Shown here piece by piece: positions 1-11,456 of a DNA stretch of 59,484 nucleotides. The notes beneath the pieces were generated by a model. It worked only from the letters and a program-made list of their open reading frames with translations. It did no database searches and was not told where the DNA came from. Positions within the stretch are counted from its first letter, which is position 1; each line of letters opens with the position of its first letter. Source of the stretch: Acidobacteriota bacterium (GTDB taxonomy: Bacteria > Acidobacteriota > UBA6911 > JACQSX01); NCBI GenBank assembly GCA_036507075.1, contig DASXQR010000069.1:1-59484 (forward strand), written 5' to 3'. The translations under genes and the position numbers were made by a program.

Positions 1-137
1 CCGCCCAAAAGCGGCGGGCTTTAGGTCGGCCGTACCATGTTTGGATAGGCCTGGACACGGCACGGGGACAAAATCCAACCAGTACCGAGGAAAACATTAA
101 CGTGAGTACAAGAATGCCGGCTAATTTGGACAGCAGT

Positions 138-354
138 GACGGCCACGTGCACGTCAATGTCCACGGAACATGTCCAAGCTGCTTGAGAGATTTAGAGCTT
201 AATCATTTTGGTCAACATCGACAGGATGGGTTCGAGGAGTTGCCTCCTGGCATGCCTCACCGTGCTGCAGGCAAACTTGCGAGTTCTTCTTCGTTAGCGT
301 GGACGTGGCCGTTGACGTCTGTCGTTGACGTGCACGTGCACGTCCTCGGCTTTT
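138..354. repeat. Fold-back element, family A (6-nt CACGTN-type arms)
   Basis: CACGTGCACGTCAA (144-157) is the exact reverse complement of TTGACGTGCACGTG (325-338); right end CGGCTTT is shared with other family A copies. Confidence 0.8.
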
Positions 355-495
355 TTCTTTGGTTGCGGCCTACGGCCGGGCTGTGCCTCTGTGGTGAAGT
401 CCTTGCCCGACGGGTAGACCACTACCCCCTTCTCTAAACCATTGACAAATTCACTCAAACTAAACATCATTTGCAATTTTGCGGACAGTGCAAAC

Positions 496-2040
496 ATGCT
501 GATTGCGCAAAGCCTTCATCGCAGTGGTGCAGGGCACCCGGACAAGATCGCGCTGATGTATCGCGATCAGCGCATCTCCTATTCCCTTCTGCTGAACACG
601 ACACGCTCCTACGCGGGACTGTTTCAGTCACTGGGCATTGGTCGCGGAGATGTTGTCGCCATTTGCTTTGAAAATTCGCCGGAGTTCGTCTACGCCTATT
701 ACGCCCTCTCCTGGCTTGGCGCCACGGTACTTCCGGTCAACCTGTTACTGACGCCAAAGGAAATCGCATACATTCTGGGCGATTGTCAGGCTCGCGCTGT
801 CGTTACACGTACCGAGTACTGGGCAAAGTTTGCCGCGGCGGCCGCCGGCGGAGCGCTCAAGGTTGAAAAGGGTTTTCTGGTGGGCGGCAACCCCGAGCCG
901 TCGACGATTGAAACAATAAACATCTCCGAGAGGCTCGCTTATCAGCAGCCGGTCTCCTCCGACCCGGAACCTGTGCCGCAGGACTCAGCAGCGGTGTTAA
1001 TTTACACTTCAGGCACCACCGGCACCCCCAAGGGCGTGATGTTGAGCCATCACAACCTGATGTCGAACGCGGATGCTGTGGCGCGCGCCACGTCGGCGCT
1101 CGACGAAGACACTTTTTTTCTGCTCCTGCCTGTTTTCCACATTACGTCTCAGACAGTGTGCCTGCTGACCCCTATTTTGATCGGGGCCGCCATTGCCATT
1201 GTGTCGCGAATTGACAGAGCGGAGATGGCCCACGCATTCAAGGAATTTTTGCCCACGGTTTTCATCGCTGTTCCGTCCATCTACAATATGCTGGCCGCCG
1301 CGCCGGCGCCTCCTCCGGACAAGAACCCCGTTCGGCTCTACGTTTCCGGCGGGGCTCCGCTGCCATCTGAGATTCAAAATCGTTTTGAGGCTGCCTACCA
1401 AAAGCCGATCTATGGCGGTTATGGCCTGACTGAGGCGTCGCCGGTCGTCTCATGGAACGTTCCCGGCGCAAACAAGCCGGTGAGCGTTGGAAAGCCTCTC
1501 CATGGAGTGCAGGTAAAAATCACCAACGACAAAATGGAGGACTTGCCGGCCGGCGAGATCGGAGAAATCTGTGTCAAAGGCGAGCTGGTAATGCTCGGTT
1601 ACTACAATCGACCCGAGGAAACATCGCAGACGATCATTGACGGATGGCTGCGCACCGGCGACATGGGCAAGATCGATACAGACGGTTATCTCTACGTCGT
1701 CGACCGGAAGAAAGAGATGCTGATTTATTCCGGTATTAATGTCTATCCGCGAGAAATTGAAGAACTGCTGCACACCATGCCTCTAATCTCCGAAGCCGCT
1801 GTGGTCGGCGTTCCCGATGCCGCGCGCGGCGAAATTCCGGTCGCCTTTGTAACGTCGAAAGCGGAAAAGCCGGTGACAGAAAGGCAAATCAAGGAGTTCT
1901 GCATCGCCAACCTGGCCCGCTACAAAGTCCCGCGTCGATTCTTTGTCATTGATGACTTTCCACGCACCGCCTCGGGAAAGATCAACAAGCTTCAGCTCAA
2001 GGCGGAAGCTGCGCATCGAATGAAGGAAGTCGCGCGGTAG
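496..2040 (+). CDS. Long-chain-fatty-acid--CoA ligase (AMP-binding family)
   Basis: YTSGTTGTPKG, GYGLTEASP, WLRTGDMG and RTASGKI motifs; in-frame ATG at 496 chosen as start. Confidence 0.9.
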   Translation: MLIAQSLHRSGAGHPDKIALMYRDQRISYSLLLNTTRSYAGLFQSLGIGRGDVVAICFENSPEFVYAYYALSWLGATVLPVNLLLTPKEIAYILGDCQARAVVTRTEYWAKFAAAAAGGALKVEKGFLVGGNPEPSTIETINISERLAYQQPVSSDPEPVPQDSAAVLIYTSGTTGTPKGVMLSHHNLMSNADAVARATSALDEDTFFLLLPVFHITSQTVCLLTPILIGAAIAIVSRIDRAEMAHAFKEFLPTVFIAVPSIYNMLAAAPAPPPDKNPVRLYVSGGAPLPSEIQNRFEAAYQKPIYGGYGLTEASPVVSWNVPGANKPVSVGKPLHGVQVKITNDKMEDLPAGEIGEICVKGELVMLGYYNRPEETSQTIIDGWLRTGDMGKIDTDGYLYVVDRKKEMLIYSGINVYPREIEELLHTMPLISEAAVVGVPDAARGEIPVAFVTSKAEKPVTERQIKEFCIANLARYKVPRRFFVIDDFPRTASGKINKLQLKAEAAHRMKEVAR

Positions 2041-2243
2041 TGTCAGTGGTCCGTTGTCAGTGGTCCGTTGTCAGTTGTCAGTTGCAATTTCAGAATTATC
2101 CGTCTTTCCGGTTATCTGCATTATTGTTTGGAAACTACCTGCCAAGCGCCCACTAGCAACAGCCACTGACAACTAAAAACGGACCACGGACAACTGACTA
2201 CTGACGACGGACTACTGACAACGGACCACTGACAACGGACCAC
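2041..2243. repeat. Fold-back element, family B (7-nt TTGTCAG/TGGTCCG arms)
   Basis: Left arm TGTCAGTGGTCCGTTGTCAGTGGTCCGTTGTCAG starts right after the TAG; right arm ...CTGACAACGGACCACTGACAACGGACCAC ends at 2243. Confidence 0.9.
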
Positions 2244-2262
2244 GCAGTATAATAATTAGTTT

Positions 2263-4311
2263 ATGGCTTCCGAGGATTTGTCGTATTCCGACATCCAATA
2301 TGGTCGCGCGTCCCGCCTTTCCGGGCGCTTCAAGATCGGTCAGGATCTGTCTCCAAGCGACGACCAGCAGCATGCCATCCGGCAACTGGTAAAGGGCCTG
2401 CAGGAAGGCCGTCGCGACCAGGTACTGCTGGGTGTGACCGGTTCGGGTAAAACCTACACCATGGCAAAGGTGATCGAGGCTGTGAACCGACCGGCTCTCG
2501 TTCTGGCTCCCAACAAGACTCTGGCGGCGCAGCTCTATCAGGAGTTTAAAAACTTCTTTCCGGAAAACGCAAGCGAGTACTTCGTCAGCTATTACGATTA
2601 CTACCAGCCGGAAGCGTACATCCCCTCTACCGATACCTATATTGAAAAGGAAGTTCTGATCAACGACGAGATCGATCGCCTTCGCCACAGCGCCACCCGG
2701 TCGCTCTTCGAGCGCCGCGATTGCATCGTTGTGGCCAGCGTGTCGTGCATCTACGGGCTGGGATCCCCGGAAGCCTACTACGGGATGCTGCTTTTCCTGC
2801 AAAGAGGAACCAGAATCGACCGCCGGGACCTGCTTCGCCGGCTGGTGGAAATCCAGTACGAGCGCAACGATCAGAGCTTCAGCCGCGGTACTTTCCGAGT
2901 ACGCGGCGACAGCATCGAAGTCTTCCCCACCTATGAAGATCTGGCCATCCGCATTGAGCTTTTCGGCAACGAGGTGGACGATCTGGCGCAGATTGATCCT
3001 CTCACCGGCGACACAGTCAAAAAGCACGAGCGTATCCCGATCTATCCCAAGTCCCATTACGTGATCCCTACCTGGCGCTGGAAATCGGCGATTCAGAGCA
3101 TCAAAGACGAATTGCAGGAATTCCGCAGTCTGCTGGAGAAAGAAGGGCGCGTGGTCGAGGCGCAACGCATCCACCAGCGCACCATGTTTGATCTGGAAAT
3201 GATCCAGCAGCTCGGTTATTGCCGCGGCATCGAAAATTATTCACGGCACCTGACTGGAAGAAGACCGGGCGAAGCGCCGCCCACCCTGCTGGATTATCTG
3301 CCGCCGGACCACATCCTTTTCGTGGACGAAAGCCACGTGACCATCCCGCAGGTCCGCGGAATGTACGGAGGCGATCGCTCGCGCAAATTAAGCCTGGTGG
3401 AATACGGGTTTCGTCTTCCTTCCGCCCTGGACAACCGGCCTCTGAACTTTGACGAGTTCGAAAACAGGATCTCACAGACAATCTATGTCTCCGCCACGCC
3501 CGGACCTTACGAGCTGACCCGCACCCAGGGAGAAGTAGTAGAGCAGATTATCCGCCCCACCGGCCTCACCGACCCTGATATTGAAGTCCGTCCTGTAAAG
3601 GGCCAGGTCGACGACCTGCTGGAGGAGATCCGACAGCGTGTGCAGCAAAAGGAGCGCACTCTGGTCACAACGCTCACCAAGCGCATGGCTGAAGAGCTGA
3701 CCGAGTACTACGCGGAATTGGGAGTGAACGTCCGCTATCTGCACTCGGAGGTGGAAACTCTCGAAAGGATAAAGATTCTGCGCGATTTGCGTCGCGGCAT
3801 CTTTGATGTGCTGGTGGGAATCAACCTGCTGCGCGAAGGCCTCGACTTACCGGAAGTTTCACTGGTTGCCATTCTTGACGCAGACAAGGAAGGATTCCTC
3901 AGATCCGAAAGCTCTTTGATCCAAACGTCGGGGCGGGCGGCCCGAAACGTGCACGGAAAAGTGATCATGTACGCGGACAACATCACCGAATCGATGCGAA
4001 AAGCGATCGAAGAGACAGGCCGCAGGCGCGAAATACAACGGAGCTACAACATAGAGCACAACATCACGCCACAAAGCATCGTCAAGCCGGTGGATGCGTC
4101 CCTTGTGGAAAGTTACGATTCCGGTTTTTATCAGACACCCAAAGTAGCGGAGGCCTTGGAGACCTTCCGTACCAGGGATGAAATTGATGACGAAATCGCG
4201 AGGCTGGAAAAACTAATGCGCGAAGCAGCGCAGAATTTCGAATTTGAAAAGGCCGCCGGCTACCGCGATCGCATCAAGTTCCTGCGGGAGCTGGAAATCG
4301 AGGTGGGCTGA
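2263..4311 (+). CDS. uvrB: Excinuclease ABC subunit B
   Basis: [41 protein letters not shown]-terminal UVR domain. Confidence 0.98.
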   Translation: MASEDLSYSDIQYGRASRLSGRFKIGQDLSPSDDQQHAIRQLVKGLQEGRRDQVLLGVTGSGKTYTMAKVIEAVNRPALVLAPNKTLAAQLYQEFKNFFPENASEYFVSYYDYYQPEAYIPSTDTYIEKEVLINDEIDRLRHSATRSLFERRDCIVVASVSCIYGLGSPEAYYGMLLFLQRGTRIDRRDLLRRLVEIQYERNDQSFSRGTFRVRGDSIEVFPTYEDLAIRIELFGNEVDDLAQIDPLTGDTVKKHERIPIYPKSHYVIPTWRWKSAIQSIKDELQEFRSLLEKEGRVVEAQRIHQRTMFDLEMIQQLGYCRGIENYSRHLTGRRPGEAPPTLLDYLPPDHILFVDESHVTIPQVRGMYGGDRSRKLSLVEYGFRLPSALDNRPLNFDEFENRISQTIYVSATPGPYELTRTQGEVVEQIIRPTGLTDPDIEVRPVKGQVDDLLEEIRQRVQQKERTLVTTLTKRMAEELTEYYAELGVNVRYLHSEVETLERIKILRDLRRGIFDVLVGINLLREGLDLPEVSLVAILDADKEGFLRSESSLIQTSGRAARNVHGKVIMYADNITESMRKAIEETGRRREIQRSYNIEHNITPQSIVKPVDASLVESYDSGFYQTPKVAEALETFRTRDEIDDEIARLEKLMREAAQNFEFEKAAGYRDRIKFLRELEIEVG

Positions 4312-5615
4312 TGTGGGTTCACCCCGCAAACAAGCTGCAGGGAAATCCTGAGCTTCCTGGAGACAAATCCATTTCGCACCGCTATGCGATGCTATCGGCG
4401 CTCTGCCCTGAAGTAACTATCATTGAAAATTACTCACCCAGCGAAGACTGCCGCCATACTCTGGATTGCCTGGCCGCGCTGGGCGCTTATGTGTCATATG
4501 ACTCCGGTGCTGTGCGCGTGCAGGGAAAATCATTGGGGGAACTGCGGGCGCCTGGCACGGAGCTCGATTGCGGCAATTCGGGAACGACTATACGGCTGCT
4601 GAGCGGAATTCTCGCGGCGCAAAAATTTGAATCCGTGCTCACCGGCGACGATTCGCTGCGCTCGCGTCCCATGGGTCGGATTCTGGTCCCGCTCAGAAAG
4701 ATGGGCGCAGCCCTTGCCGTAACCGAATCGGAGTGTGCGCCGATTCGAATCGCCGGGCGACCGCTGCACGGCATCGAATATGTTCTACCGGTGGCCAGCG
4801 CCCAGGTGAAGTCCTGCGTTATCCTGGCCGGGTTGCACGCGCGCGGGTCGACCGAGGTAGTTGAGCCGATTCCAAGCCGCAGTCACACCGAGCGAGCCTT
4901 GCCCTTGTTCGGAGTGGATGTGGAAATTCAGAATGAACGCATCGCCGTCCGCGGCGGCCAGCAACCCCGGTCCCCGGGAAGGCTTCGAGTACCGGCCGAT
5001 CCTTCCGCGGCGGCATTCTTTTGCGTCGCCGCCTGCCTCATTCCAGGCGCCGAGGTGCGAATGAAAGGAATAAATTATAACCCCGCGCGCGTGGAATGGC
5101 TGCGACTGCTGCTCCAGTCAGGCGCGAATATTCGGATTGAGAACCAGAATGAAGTTTTCGGCGAGCCGATCGCGGATTTGACCGCGCGCTACGACCCTGC
5201 GTTTCTGGAAGGTTTCCCTGCAAAGATCGGCGGGAAGATGATCCCTTCGCTGATCGATGAGATTCCGATCCTGTCTGTGCTGGGTGCGCGCCTGCCGCGC
5301 GGGCTGGAAATCCGTGACGCTGCAGAGCTGAGACACAAAGAGACGGATCGTATCCGCACCGTCGCCGAGAACCTCCAGGCACTGGGCGCGAAAGTGGAAG
5401 AATTTCATGACGGCCTGCAAATCCATCCCTGTCGCGTGTTCAGCGGCGGGCGCATCGAATCCCGTGGCGATCACCGCATCGCAATGGCATTTGCCGTTGC
5501 CGGCTTGCTGGCCGACACGGATGTAGAAATTCGCGACAGCGGATGTGCGGCAGTGTCTTTCCCGGGGTTTTTTAAGGAATTGGAAAAATTGTCTGGAACA
5601 AATGGTACCCACTAA
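4311..5615 (+). CDS. aroA: 3-phosphoshikimate 1-carboxyvinyltransferase
   Basis: LPGDKSISHR, DCGNSGTT, SAQVKS, IDEIP, ELRHKETDR, DHRIAM; TGATG overlap with uvrB. Confidence 0.97.
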   Translation: MWVHPANKLQGNPELPGDKSISHRYAMLSALCPEVTIIENYSPSEDCRHTLDCLAALGAYVSYDSGAVRVQGKSLGELRAPGTELDCGNSGTTIRLLSGILAAQKFESVLTGDDSLRSRPMGRILVPLRKMGAALAVTESECAPIRIAGRPLHGIEYVLPVASAQVKSCVILAGLHARGSTEVVEPIPSRSHTERALPLFGVDVEIQNERIAVRGGQQPRSPGRLRVPADPSAAAFFCVAACLIPGAEVRMKGINYNPARVEWLRLLLQSGANIRIENQNEVFGEPIADLTARYDPAFLEGFPAKIGGKMIPSLIDEIPILSVLGARLPRGLEIRDAAELRHKETDRIRTVAENLQALGAKVEEFHDGLQIHPCRVFSGGRIESRGDHRIAMAFAVAGLLADTDVEIRDSGCAAVSFPGFFKELEKLSGTNGTH

Positions 5616-5640
5616 GGCGCAGAGCGGCGGAGCTGAAATA

Positions 5641-5755
5641 GAAAAGCCGACCACGTCCAGATGCACGAGCACGTCAACGACCACGGCTACGGCTACGTCG
5701 ACGTCGTTGACGTAATCGTGGATGTTGACGTGGTCGTGCACGTAGACGGCTTTTC
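5641..5755. repeat. Fold-back element, family A
   Basis: GAAAAGCCG...CACGT repeats facing ACGTG repeats...CGGCTTTTC. Confidence 0.85.
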
Positions 5756-5835
5756 TTTTGGCGGTTGCTTTTAGCTTCTTGTTGTTCTGGCTCGCGCCGG
5801 ACTGTCTTTGTGGCTTTTGCTGTTCAGAAACGACC

Positions 5836-6390
5836 TTGCTGACCTCACTTCGCGAACCTAATTATTATCTCCTCGGTTTCATGGGAGCCGGCAAATCCAC
5901 CGTCGGTCCCCTGCTGGCCGGAAGGCTGGACACGCAGTTCTACGATCTGGATCAGCTCATCGAGGAGACCGAAAAATCCACGATTCGCCAAATCTTCGAA
6001 ACTAGAGGCGAGGCTTTCTTTCGTAAAAAGGAAACGGAACTGCTGTTGCCTCTAACACGATTGCGCAGCGCGGTGATCGCGCTCGGCGGGGGAACCTTTG
6101 TACAAGAGATCAACCGCGAGTTGATCCGCTCTACCGGAATCTCCATCTGGATTAACGTGCCTTTGGAGCGCATCCAGAAGCGCATCCAGAACCCGTTGTC
6201 CAGACCGCTTTTTCGAACGCCGCAGGAAATGGAAGCCCTGTTTCGGCAGCGTGAGGCCTTTTACGCCATGGCGGATCTGGAAGTTCGAGTGGGGGAAGAG
6301 CCTGTCGAAGATGTTGCTGACAAGATTCTGTCGTCGATCACAAATTTTCACGAATTAACACAAATTCCACGAAGTAATGAAGATTCGTGA
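5836..6390 (+). CDS. aroK: Shikimate kinase
   Basis: LLGFMGAGKSTVG, DLD, GEAFFRKKE, ALGGG, RPL; in-frame TTG at 5836 is my start estimate. Confidence 0.93.
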   Translation: MLTSLREPNYYLLGFMGAGKSTVGPLLAGRLDTQFYDLDQLIEETEKSTIRQIFETRGEAFFRKKETELLLPLTRLRSAVIALGGGTFVQEINRELIRSTGISIWINVPLERIQKRIQNPLSRPLFRTPQEMEALFRQREAFYAMADLEVRVGEEPVEDVADKILSSITNFHELTQIPRSNEDS

Positions 6391-6421
6391 AATTCGTGTT
6401 AATTCGTGAGAATTCGTGATC
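6336..6421. repeat. Fold-back element, family C (9-nt CACGAATTN arms), overlapping the aroK 3' end
   Basis: GATCACAAATTTTCACGAATTAACAC pairs with GTGTTAATTCGTGAGAATTCGTGATC; lies between convergent genes. Confidence 0.9.
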
Positions 6422-6423
6422 CA

Positions 6424-7920
6424 CTACGGCAAAAGGAGGACCTGGCCTGCGAAGACCTGTCCTGAGGCGAGGCGCTTGTTTCGCTTCTTTAAGGCGGCGG
6501 GTGACACTTTGAGTTTTTTCGCAATTTGGGTCAATGTTTCGCCTTTACGAACACGGTACTGCTTCGACCCGGCTTTCACGGACTTCGACTTCCTGGAATC
6601 ATGCCGCAGGCTGGCCGTATGGATCGAGCGGCGGCTCCCTTTTCGCACCGAGCGCGCTGCCTTTACAGGCGCAACGCGACTCATCCAGTTTTGTTCTTCA
6701 CGACTCAGGGTGGAGAGCGCTTCGGCGATCTCGCCTGCAGGAACTTTCAACATGTAACCGGAAGGAAGACGCTGATAACCGCGATGGATGTCGATTGAAA
6801 TCGCAGGATTGTAGGCTCGCAAAGTTCCTTCAGAAACGCGATTTAATTCCGCGAGTTGGCTGCTTCGATTTCCTGACTTGACCTTCAACTCCTCGAATTT
6901 CAGAGGCTTCGCCATCTCAGCCAAAGGGAAATACTTGCGACAGTTCTTGGCTACTTCCAGCGCCGCCAGGAATTCAGAATAGAAGTTTTTGGAGGCGAAA
7001 CCGAACGCCTTTCCGTCGTGCTTCTCCAAAATCGCCAGGAAGTCGCCCTGCTGCGCCTCGTTGGCCCGCATCATTCCGTTGGTGCCGTAATTGTAGGCGG
7101 TAATCGCCTGTGGCCAGCTTCTCAGCAGGTTGTAGTTCTTCCACAGAACCTCGGCTGCGGCCTGGGTGGCGCGCAACGGATCCCGCCGCTCATCCATCAC
7201 CGAGTTGATCGTGAGCAGTCCCCGCGATGAACGCCTCATGAATTGCCAGATGCCTGCAGCACCCACCTTCGAATAGCTGGCGTAATTGAAGGAAGACTCC
7301 ACATGCGGCAGGTAAGCCAACTCTTCAGGCAACCCTTTATCGCGAAATACCTTCACTATGTACGGCAGATATAGACCGGAGCGGACCACTCCCTGCTCGA
7401 AACGGTCTTTGACGCCCCGCTGCTCGCGTACCCGGTCCGGGGCATCGCGAAAGTAACCGGCATCGAGAACTTGCCCCGCCTTGACGAGCGCCTCATGCAC
7501 ATGTTTATGAGTGGAGCTGAAACCGGCTGCTTCCAGGCCGAACTTGCTGAAGTCCTCCAGCGCGTTCTGGACCTTCAGCACCTCTGCTTCGATTTCGGAT
7601 TCTTGGTCCCGCCATTCGCCCGGCGATACGTCGGGAAACTTGTCGAATTTCAGTACTTTGTAGATGATGGCAAGATTTTCGCGGTCGTGAATGATGACCT
7701 GGCGACGGTCGTACCTGGAATAAACCGTTCGCCAGAAATCGATCCGGGTCTGCAATCCCTTTTGCGGAAAGAACTCCTCCACCGACGAGAGCTCGAAATC
7801 GGAGGAAGCTGCCGTCTTGGGAGAGTAACCGGCCTTTACGGACAACTTTTCGCTGTTGTCGAGTGCCGGTGATAACAGAAATAAAAGGAGAACTGCCAGA
7901 AGCGTGGCAAAGCTTCGCAT
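6424..7920 (-). CDS. Lytic murein transglycosylase (MltD-like) with C-terminal LysM
   Basis: LPHVESSF, AAGIWQFM, DERRDP, AITAYNYG, YRVRKGETLTQIA; signal peptide from ATG at 7920. Confidence 0.9.
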   Translation of the reverse strand: MRSFATLLAVLLLFLLSPALDNSEKLSVKAGYSPKTAASSDFELSSVEEFFPQKGLQTRIDFWRTVYSRYDRRQVIIHDRENLAIIYKVLKFDKFPDVSPGEWRDQESEIEAEVLKVQNALEDFSKFGLEAAGFSSTHKHVHEALVKAGQVLDAGYFRDAPDRVREQRGVKDRFEQGVVRSGLYLPYIVKVFRDKGLPEELAYLPHVESSFNYASYSKVGAAGIWQFMRRSSRGLLTINSVMDERRDPLRATQAAAEVLWKNYNLLRSWPQAITAYNYGTNGMMRANEAQQGDFLAILEKHDGKAFGFASKNFYSEFLAALEVAKNCRKYFPLAEMAKPLKFEELKVKSGNRSSQLAELNRVSEGTLRAYNPAISIDIHRGYQRLPSGYMLKVPAGEIAEALSTLSREEQNWMSRVAPVKAARSVRKGSRRSIHTASLRHDSRKSKSVKAGSKQYRVRKGETLTQIAKKLKVSPAALKKRNKRLASGQVFAGQVLLLP

Positions 7921-8000
7921 CTCGACCGAGTATATTCGTAATAATTTCTCTGTCAACAATGTACCGTCCCTAAGCCGGATTATCCGGCTACTTCGCAGCC

Positions 8001-8056
8001 CGTAGAGACGCGACATGTCGCGTCTGAGCTCTGACGCGGCATGCCGCGTCTCTACG
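8001..8056. repeat. GTAG-type REP doublet in inverted orientation (REPIN-like)
   Basis: CGTAGAGACGCGACATGTCGCGTCT ... GACGCGGCATGCCGCGTCTCTACG; each half is itself palindromic. Confidence 0.8.
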
Positions 8057-8311
8057 CCTAAAATGTCCGGCGGGGCCGACCACCGGCCGTCGCATCTTTA
8101 AGATGCAAAATCTGCCTGGAGGTTTTACCGCGGCCTCCGCGTCGGGACAAAGGGCTCTCGTTTGCATCGTTTTTGCGCCCGACCGGTATTTAATCCAGCC
8201 TTATTGACAAGCGGCGCTAACGGTCATATTACTGCTGTTGAAGGGTTTAGAATGTGAGAGGGATTTCTTTTTTTGTAGAACCGATCTCCACATCGGGAAG
8301 GCTGCGGGCTT

Positions 8312-10924
8312 ATGAGAATGGACAAATTTACCATCAAAGGGCAGGAAGCCGTCGAAGCGGCGGTAAATCTTGCCAATGACTCCGGCCACCAGCAGATCGA
8401 GCCGGAACACCTCCTTCTGGCGCTGCTGCAGCAAAAGGAAGGGACTGTCAAACCGGTGCTGGACCAGCTCGAGGTGGATTCCCGCAAGCTGCAGGCAGAA
8501 ACGGAACAGTTATTGAGCTCTTTGCCCAAGGTTTCTGGCGGTGGGCAAAACTACATTTCTCCCCAATTGACCGAACTTTTCGGCAAAGCTCAGAAGGAAG
8601 CGGACGCGTTCCGCGACCAGTATGTCAGCACCGAGCACCTGCTGTTGTCTCTGGCAGAATTCAAGGGCCGCGCCGGCGAACTCCTGCGCCGGAATGGCGT
8701 GAGGCGCGACCAGATTCTTCGAGTTCTGCAAAATATTCGAGGCAGTCAGACAATCACCGATCAGAACCCTGAAGACAAGTACCAGGCGCTGGCGCGCTAT
8801 GCCAAGGACTACACCGATCTGGCTCGGAAGGGAAAGCTGGATCCCGTCATCGGCCGGGATGACGAGATCCGGCGAGTCGTCCAGGTGCTGTCCAGACGTA
8901 CTAAGAACAATCCGGTGCTGATCGGCGAGCCCGGCGTGGGCAAGACGGCAATCGTGGAGGGACTGGCCCAGAGAATCACCTCGGGGGATGTCCCGGAAGG
9001 CCTGCGCAGCAAACGCATTGTGGGACTCGATCTCGGATCGATGCTGGCCGGGGCCAAATATCGAGGTGAGTTCGAAGAAAGACTGAAGGCTGTGCTGAAG
9101 GAGATCGAACAGGCCCAGGGGGAGATCATTCTTTTTATCGACGAGCTTCATACTCTGGTTGGAGCGGGCGCCGCCGAAGGCGCCATTGACGCATCCAACA
9201 TGCTCAAACCGGCGCTTGCTCGCGGCGAGCTTCGCTGCATCGGCGCCACCACGCTGGCCGAATACAAGAAGCACGTTGAAAAAGATGCAGCCCTGGAGCG
9301 TCGTTTCCAGCCTGTTTTTGTGGCGCCTCCGTCGGTAGCCGACACGATCGCCATATTGCGCGGCCTGAAGGAGCGCTACGAGGTACATCACGGAGTCCGG
9401 ATTACGGACGACGCGCTGGTAGCGGCGGCGCGCCTGTCGGATCGTTACATCAGCGACCGGTTTCTTCCCGACAAGGCAATCGATCTGGTGGATGAGGCTG
9501 CCTCTCGGCTGCGCATTGAAATTGACAGCATGCCGACAGAAATCGACGAAGTGGAGCGCCGGATCCGGCAATTGGAGATCGAACGGCAGGCTCTTGCGCG
9601 CGACAAAACCTCCAGTTCGCTGGATCGCCTGGCGATTATCGAGCGCGAGCTGAGCGACCTGCGTGAAAGAAGCAATCAGATGAAGCTCCACTGGAAGAAG
9701 GAAAAGGAGATCATCGATCAGATCCGGCGCTACAAGGAAGAATTGGAGCAGGTCAAGGCCGAAGAGCAGAAGGCGGAGCGCGAGGGGAACCTTGGAAAGG
9801 TGGCGGAGCTGCGCTACGGGCGCGCCGTGGAGATAAAGAGCGCCCTGGACCGCGCCAATTCCGAGCTGGTTGCGCTGCAGAAGGATCAGAAGATGCTCAA
9901 AGAGGAAGTGGATGCGGAAGACATCGCCGAAGTTGTTTCCAAGTGGACCGGCATCCCCGTTTCGCGCATGCTGGAAACTGAAAAGCAGAAACTTCTTCAC
10001 ATGGAAGAGCGCCTGCGGCAGCGTGTCGTGGGTCAGGACCAGGCGCTGCAGGCTGTGGCCAACGCGGTACGCCGCTCACGCGCCGGCTTCCAGGATGAAG
10101 GAAGACCGATCGGTTCGTTCATCTTCCTAGGACCTACCGGCGTGGGAAAAACGGAAACAGCTCGAGCGCTGGCGGAGTTTCTGTTTGATGATGAGAAGGC
10201 GATGATCCGCATCGACATGTCCGAGTATATGGAAAAACATGCGGTCGCAAGAATGATCGGCGCCCCTCCGGGTTACGTAGGCTATGAGGAAGGCGGATAT
10301 TTGACGGAAGCCGTGCGCCGGAGACCTTACTCGGTCGTGCTGTTTGATGAAATCGAGAAGGCGCACCCGGAAGTTTTTAATGTTTTGCTGCAGATTCTCG
10401 ACGACGGCCGGCTGACCGACGCCAAGGGCCGCACTGTGGACTTCAAAAATACCGTGATTCTGATGACGTCGAACATCGGAAGCCAGTGGATCTCTGAAAT
10501 TCATACGATGACCGAGCTGGAAATAGAGCGCCGCGTCCAGGAGGCGCTGCGCGCCCATTTCAAACCCGAGTTCCTGAACCGGATTGACGACATCATCATC
10601 TTCAAGCGGCTGGACGGCCGGCAGTTGCGCGAAATTGTGCGCATCCAGATCCAACGCCTTTCCCGGCTTTTCTCGGCACGGAACATCCAATTGGAGGTGA
10701 GCGACGCGGCCATGGATCATCTGGCGCGTGAAGGCTATGATCCGGTATACGGCGCGCGCCCGTTGAAGCGACTATTGCAGAAGGAGATTCTGGACCGCCT
10801 TTCGGTCAAATTGCTCGAAGGGGAGATTCAGGACGGCAGCCACGTAGTGGTCGACTATGATCCGGCACTCAACCAGTTGCTGTTCACCACACCGGAACTG
10901 GTTTCGCAGGAAAAAATTCATTAA
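8312..10924 (+). CDS. clpB: ATP-dependent chaperone ClpB
   Basis: Two AAA+ modules ([16 protein letters not shown]), coiled-coil M domain, [13 protein letters not shown], 870 aa. Confidence 0.98.
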   Translation: MRMDKFTIKGQEAVEAAVNLANDSGHQQIEPEHLLLALLQQKEGTVKPVLDQLEVDSRKLQAETEQLLSSLPKVSGGGQNYISPQLTELFGKAQKEADAFRDQYVSTEHLLLSLAEFKGRAGELLRRNGVRRDQILRVLQNIRGSQTITDQNPEDKYQALARYAKDYTDLARKGKLDPVIGRDDEIRRVVQVLSRRTKNNPVLIGEPGVGKTAIVEGLAQRITSGDVPEGLRSKRIVGLDLGSMLAGAKYRGEFEERLKAVLKEIEQAQGEIILFIDELHTLVGAGAAEGAIDASNMLKPALARGELRCIGATTLAEYKKHVEKDAALERRFQPVFVAPPSVADTIAILRGLKERYEVHHGVRITDDALVAAARLSDRYISDRFLPDKAIDLVDEAASRLRIEIDSMPTEIDEVERRIRQLEIERQALARDKTSSSLDRLAIIERELSDLRERSNQMKLHWKKEKEIIDQIRRYKEELEQVKAEEQKAEREGNLGKVAELRYGRAVEIKSALDRANSELVALQKDQKMLKEEVDAEDIAEVVSKWTGIPVSRMLETEKQKLLHMEERLRQRVVGQDQALQAVANAVRRSRAGFQDEGRPIGSFIFLGPTGVGKTETARALAEFLFDDEKAMIRIDMSEYMEKHAVARMIGAPPGYVGYEEGGYLTEAVRRRPYSVVLFDEIEKAHPEVFNVLLQILDDGRLTDAKGRTVDFKNTVILMTSNIGSQWISEIHTMTELEIERRVQEALRAHFKPEFLNRIDDIIIFKRLDGRQLREIVRIQIQRLSRLFSARNIQLEVSDAAMDHLAREGYDPVYGARPLKRLLQKEILDRLSVKLLEGEIQDGSHVVVDYDPALNQLLFTTPELVSQEKIH

Positions 10925-10944
10925 GAATTTATGCAGGAGGAAAG

Positions 10945-11379
10945 ATGAGGGATTTCAGAGATTTGATTGGATTGCAGGAGAGGATGAACCGTCTGTTTGA
11001 TGACAGCATCTCCCGTTCGCGCGGCCAGGAAGACTTGAGCAACGGCAGCTGGAGTCCCGCGGTGGATATTTACGAAACGGAAGATCAAATCGTTATCAAA
11101 GCGGAGCTGCCCGAAGTAAACAAGGACAGCATTGATTTGCGAATAGAGAACAACACCTTGTCAATCAGAGGCGAGAGAAAGCTGAGCGACGAGGCGAAAC
11201 GCGAGAATTATCACCGCATCGAGCGCGCCTATGGCCCTTTCTATCGCATCTTCAGCCTCCCCAATGTCGTAGATCCGGAAAACGTGATCGCCAGCTACAA
11301 GGATGGCGTTTTGAAGCTGGCGCTCAACAAAAGAGCGGAATCGCGGCCGCGATCCATCAAGATTGATACTGCGGATTAA
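10945..11379 (+). CDS. Hsp20/alpha-crystallin small heat-shock protein
   Basis: WSPAVDIYE, LSIRGERK, IERAYG, YKDGVL; RBS AGGAGG. Confidence 0.95.
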   Translation: MRDFRDLIGLQERMNRLFDDSISRSRGQEDLSNGSWSPAVDIYETEDQIVIKAELPEVNKDSIDLRIENNTLSIRGERKLSDEAKRENYHRIERAYGPFYRIFSLPNVVDPENVIASYKDGVLKLALNKRAESRPRSIKIDTAD

Positions 11380-11456
11380 AGTTTTGCGGAAGGGACGGGA
11401 GCTTTGTGTAACAAGTTGGAAAGTTCTTGGTTTTTCGACAGGATTTTGGAAAAGAC

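Noticed and set aside
1..30. GC hairpin at the window start
   Set aside because: Truncated by the window edge, so terminator and REP cannot be told apart.
102..497. ORFs 102..437 and 294..497
   Set aside because: HVHVNV text is the translation of family A repeat arms; no protein features.
8204..8233. clpB promoter at TTGACA 8204
   Set aside because: The -35 is perfect but there is no convincing -10 at 16-18 nt spacing.
8510..10720. Long antisense ORFs (496 and 197 aa)
   Set aside because: Shadow frames of clpB, typical of GC-rich codon bias; the same applies to those opposite uvrB, polA and folD.
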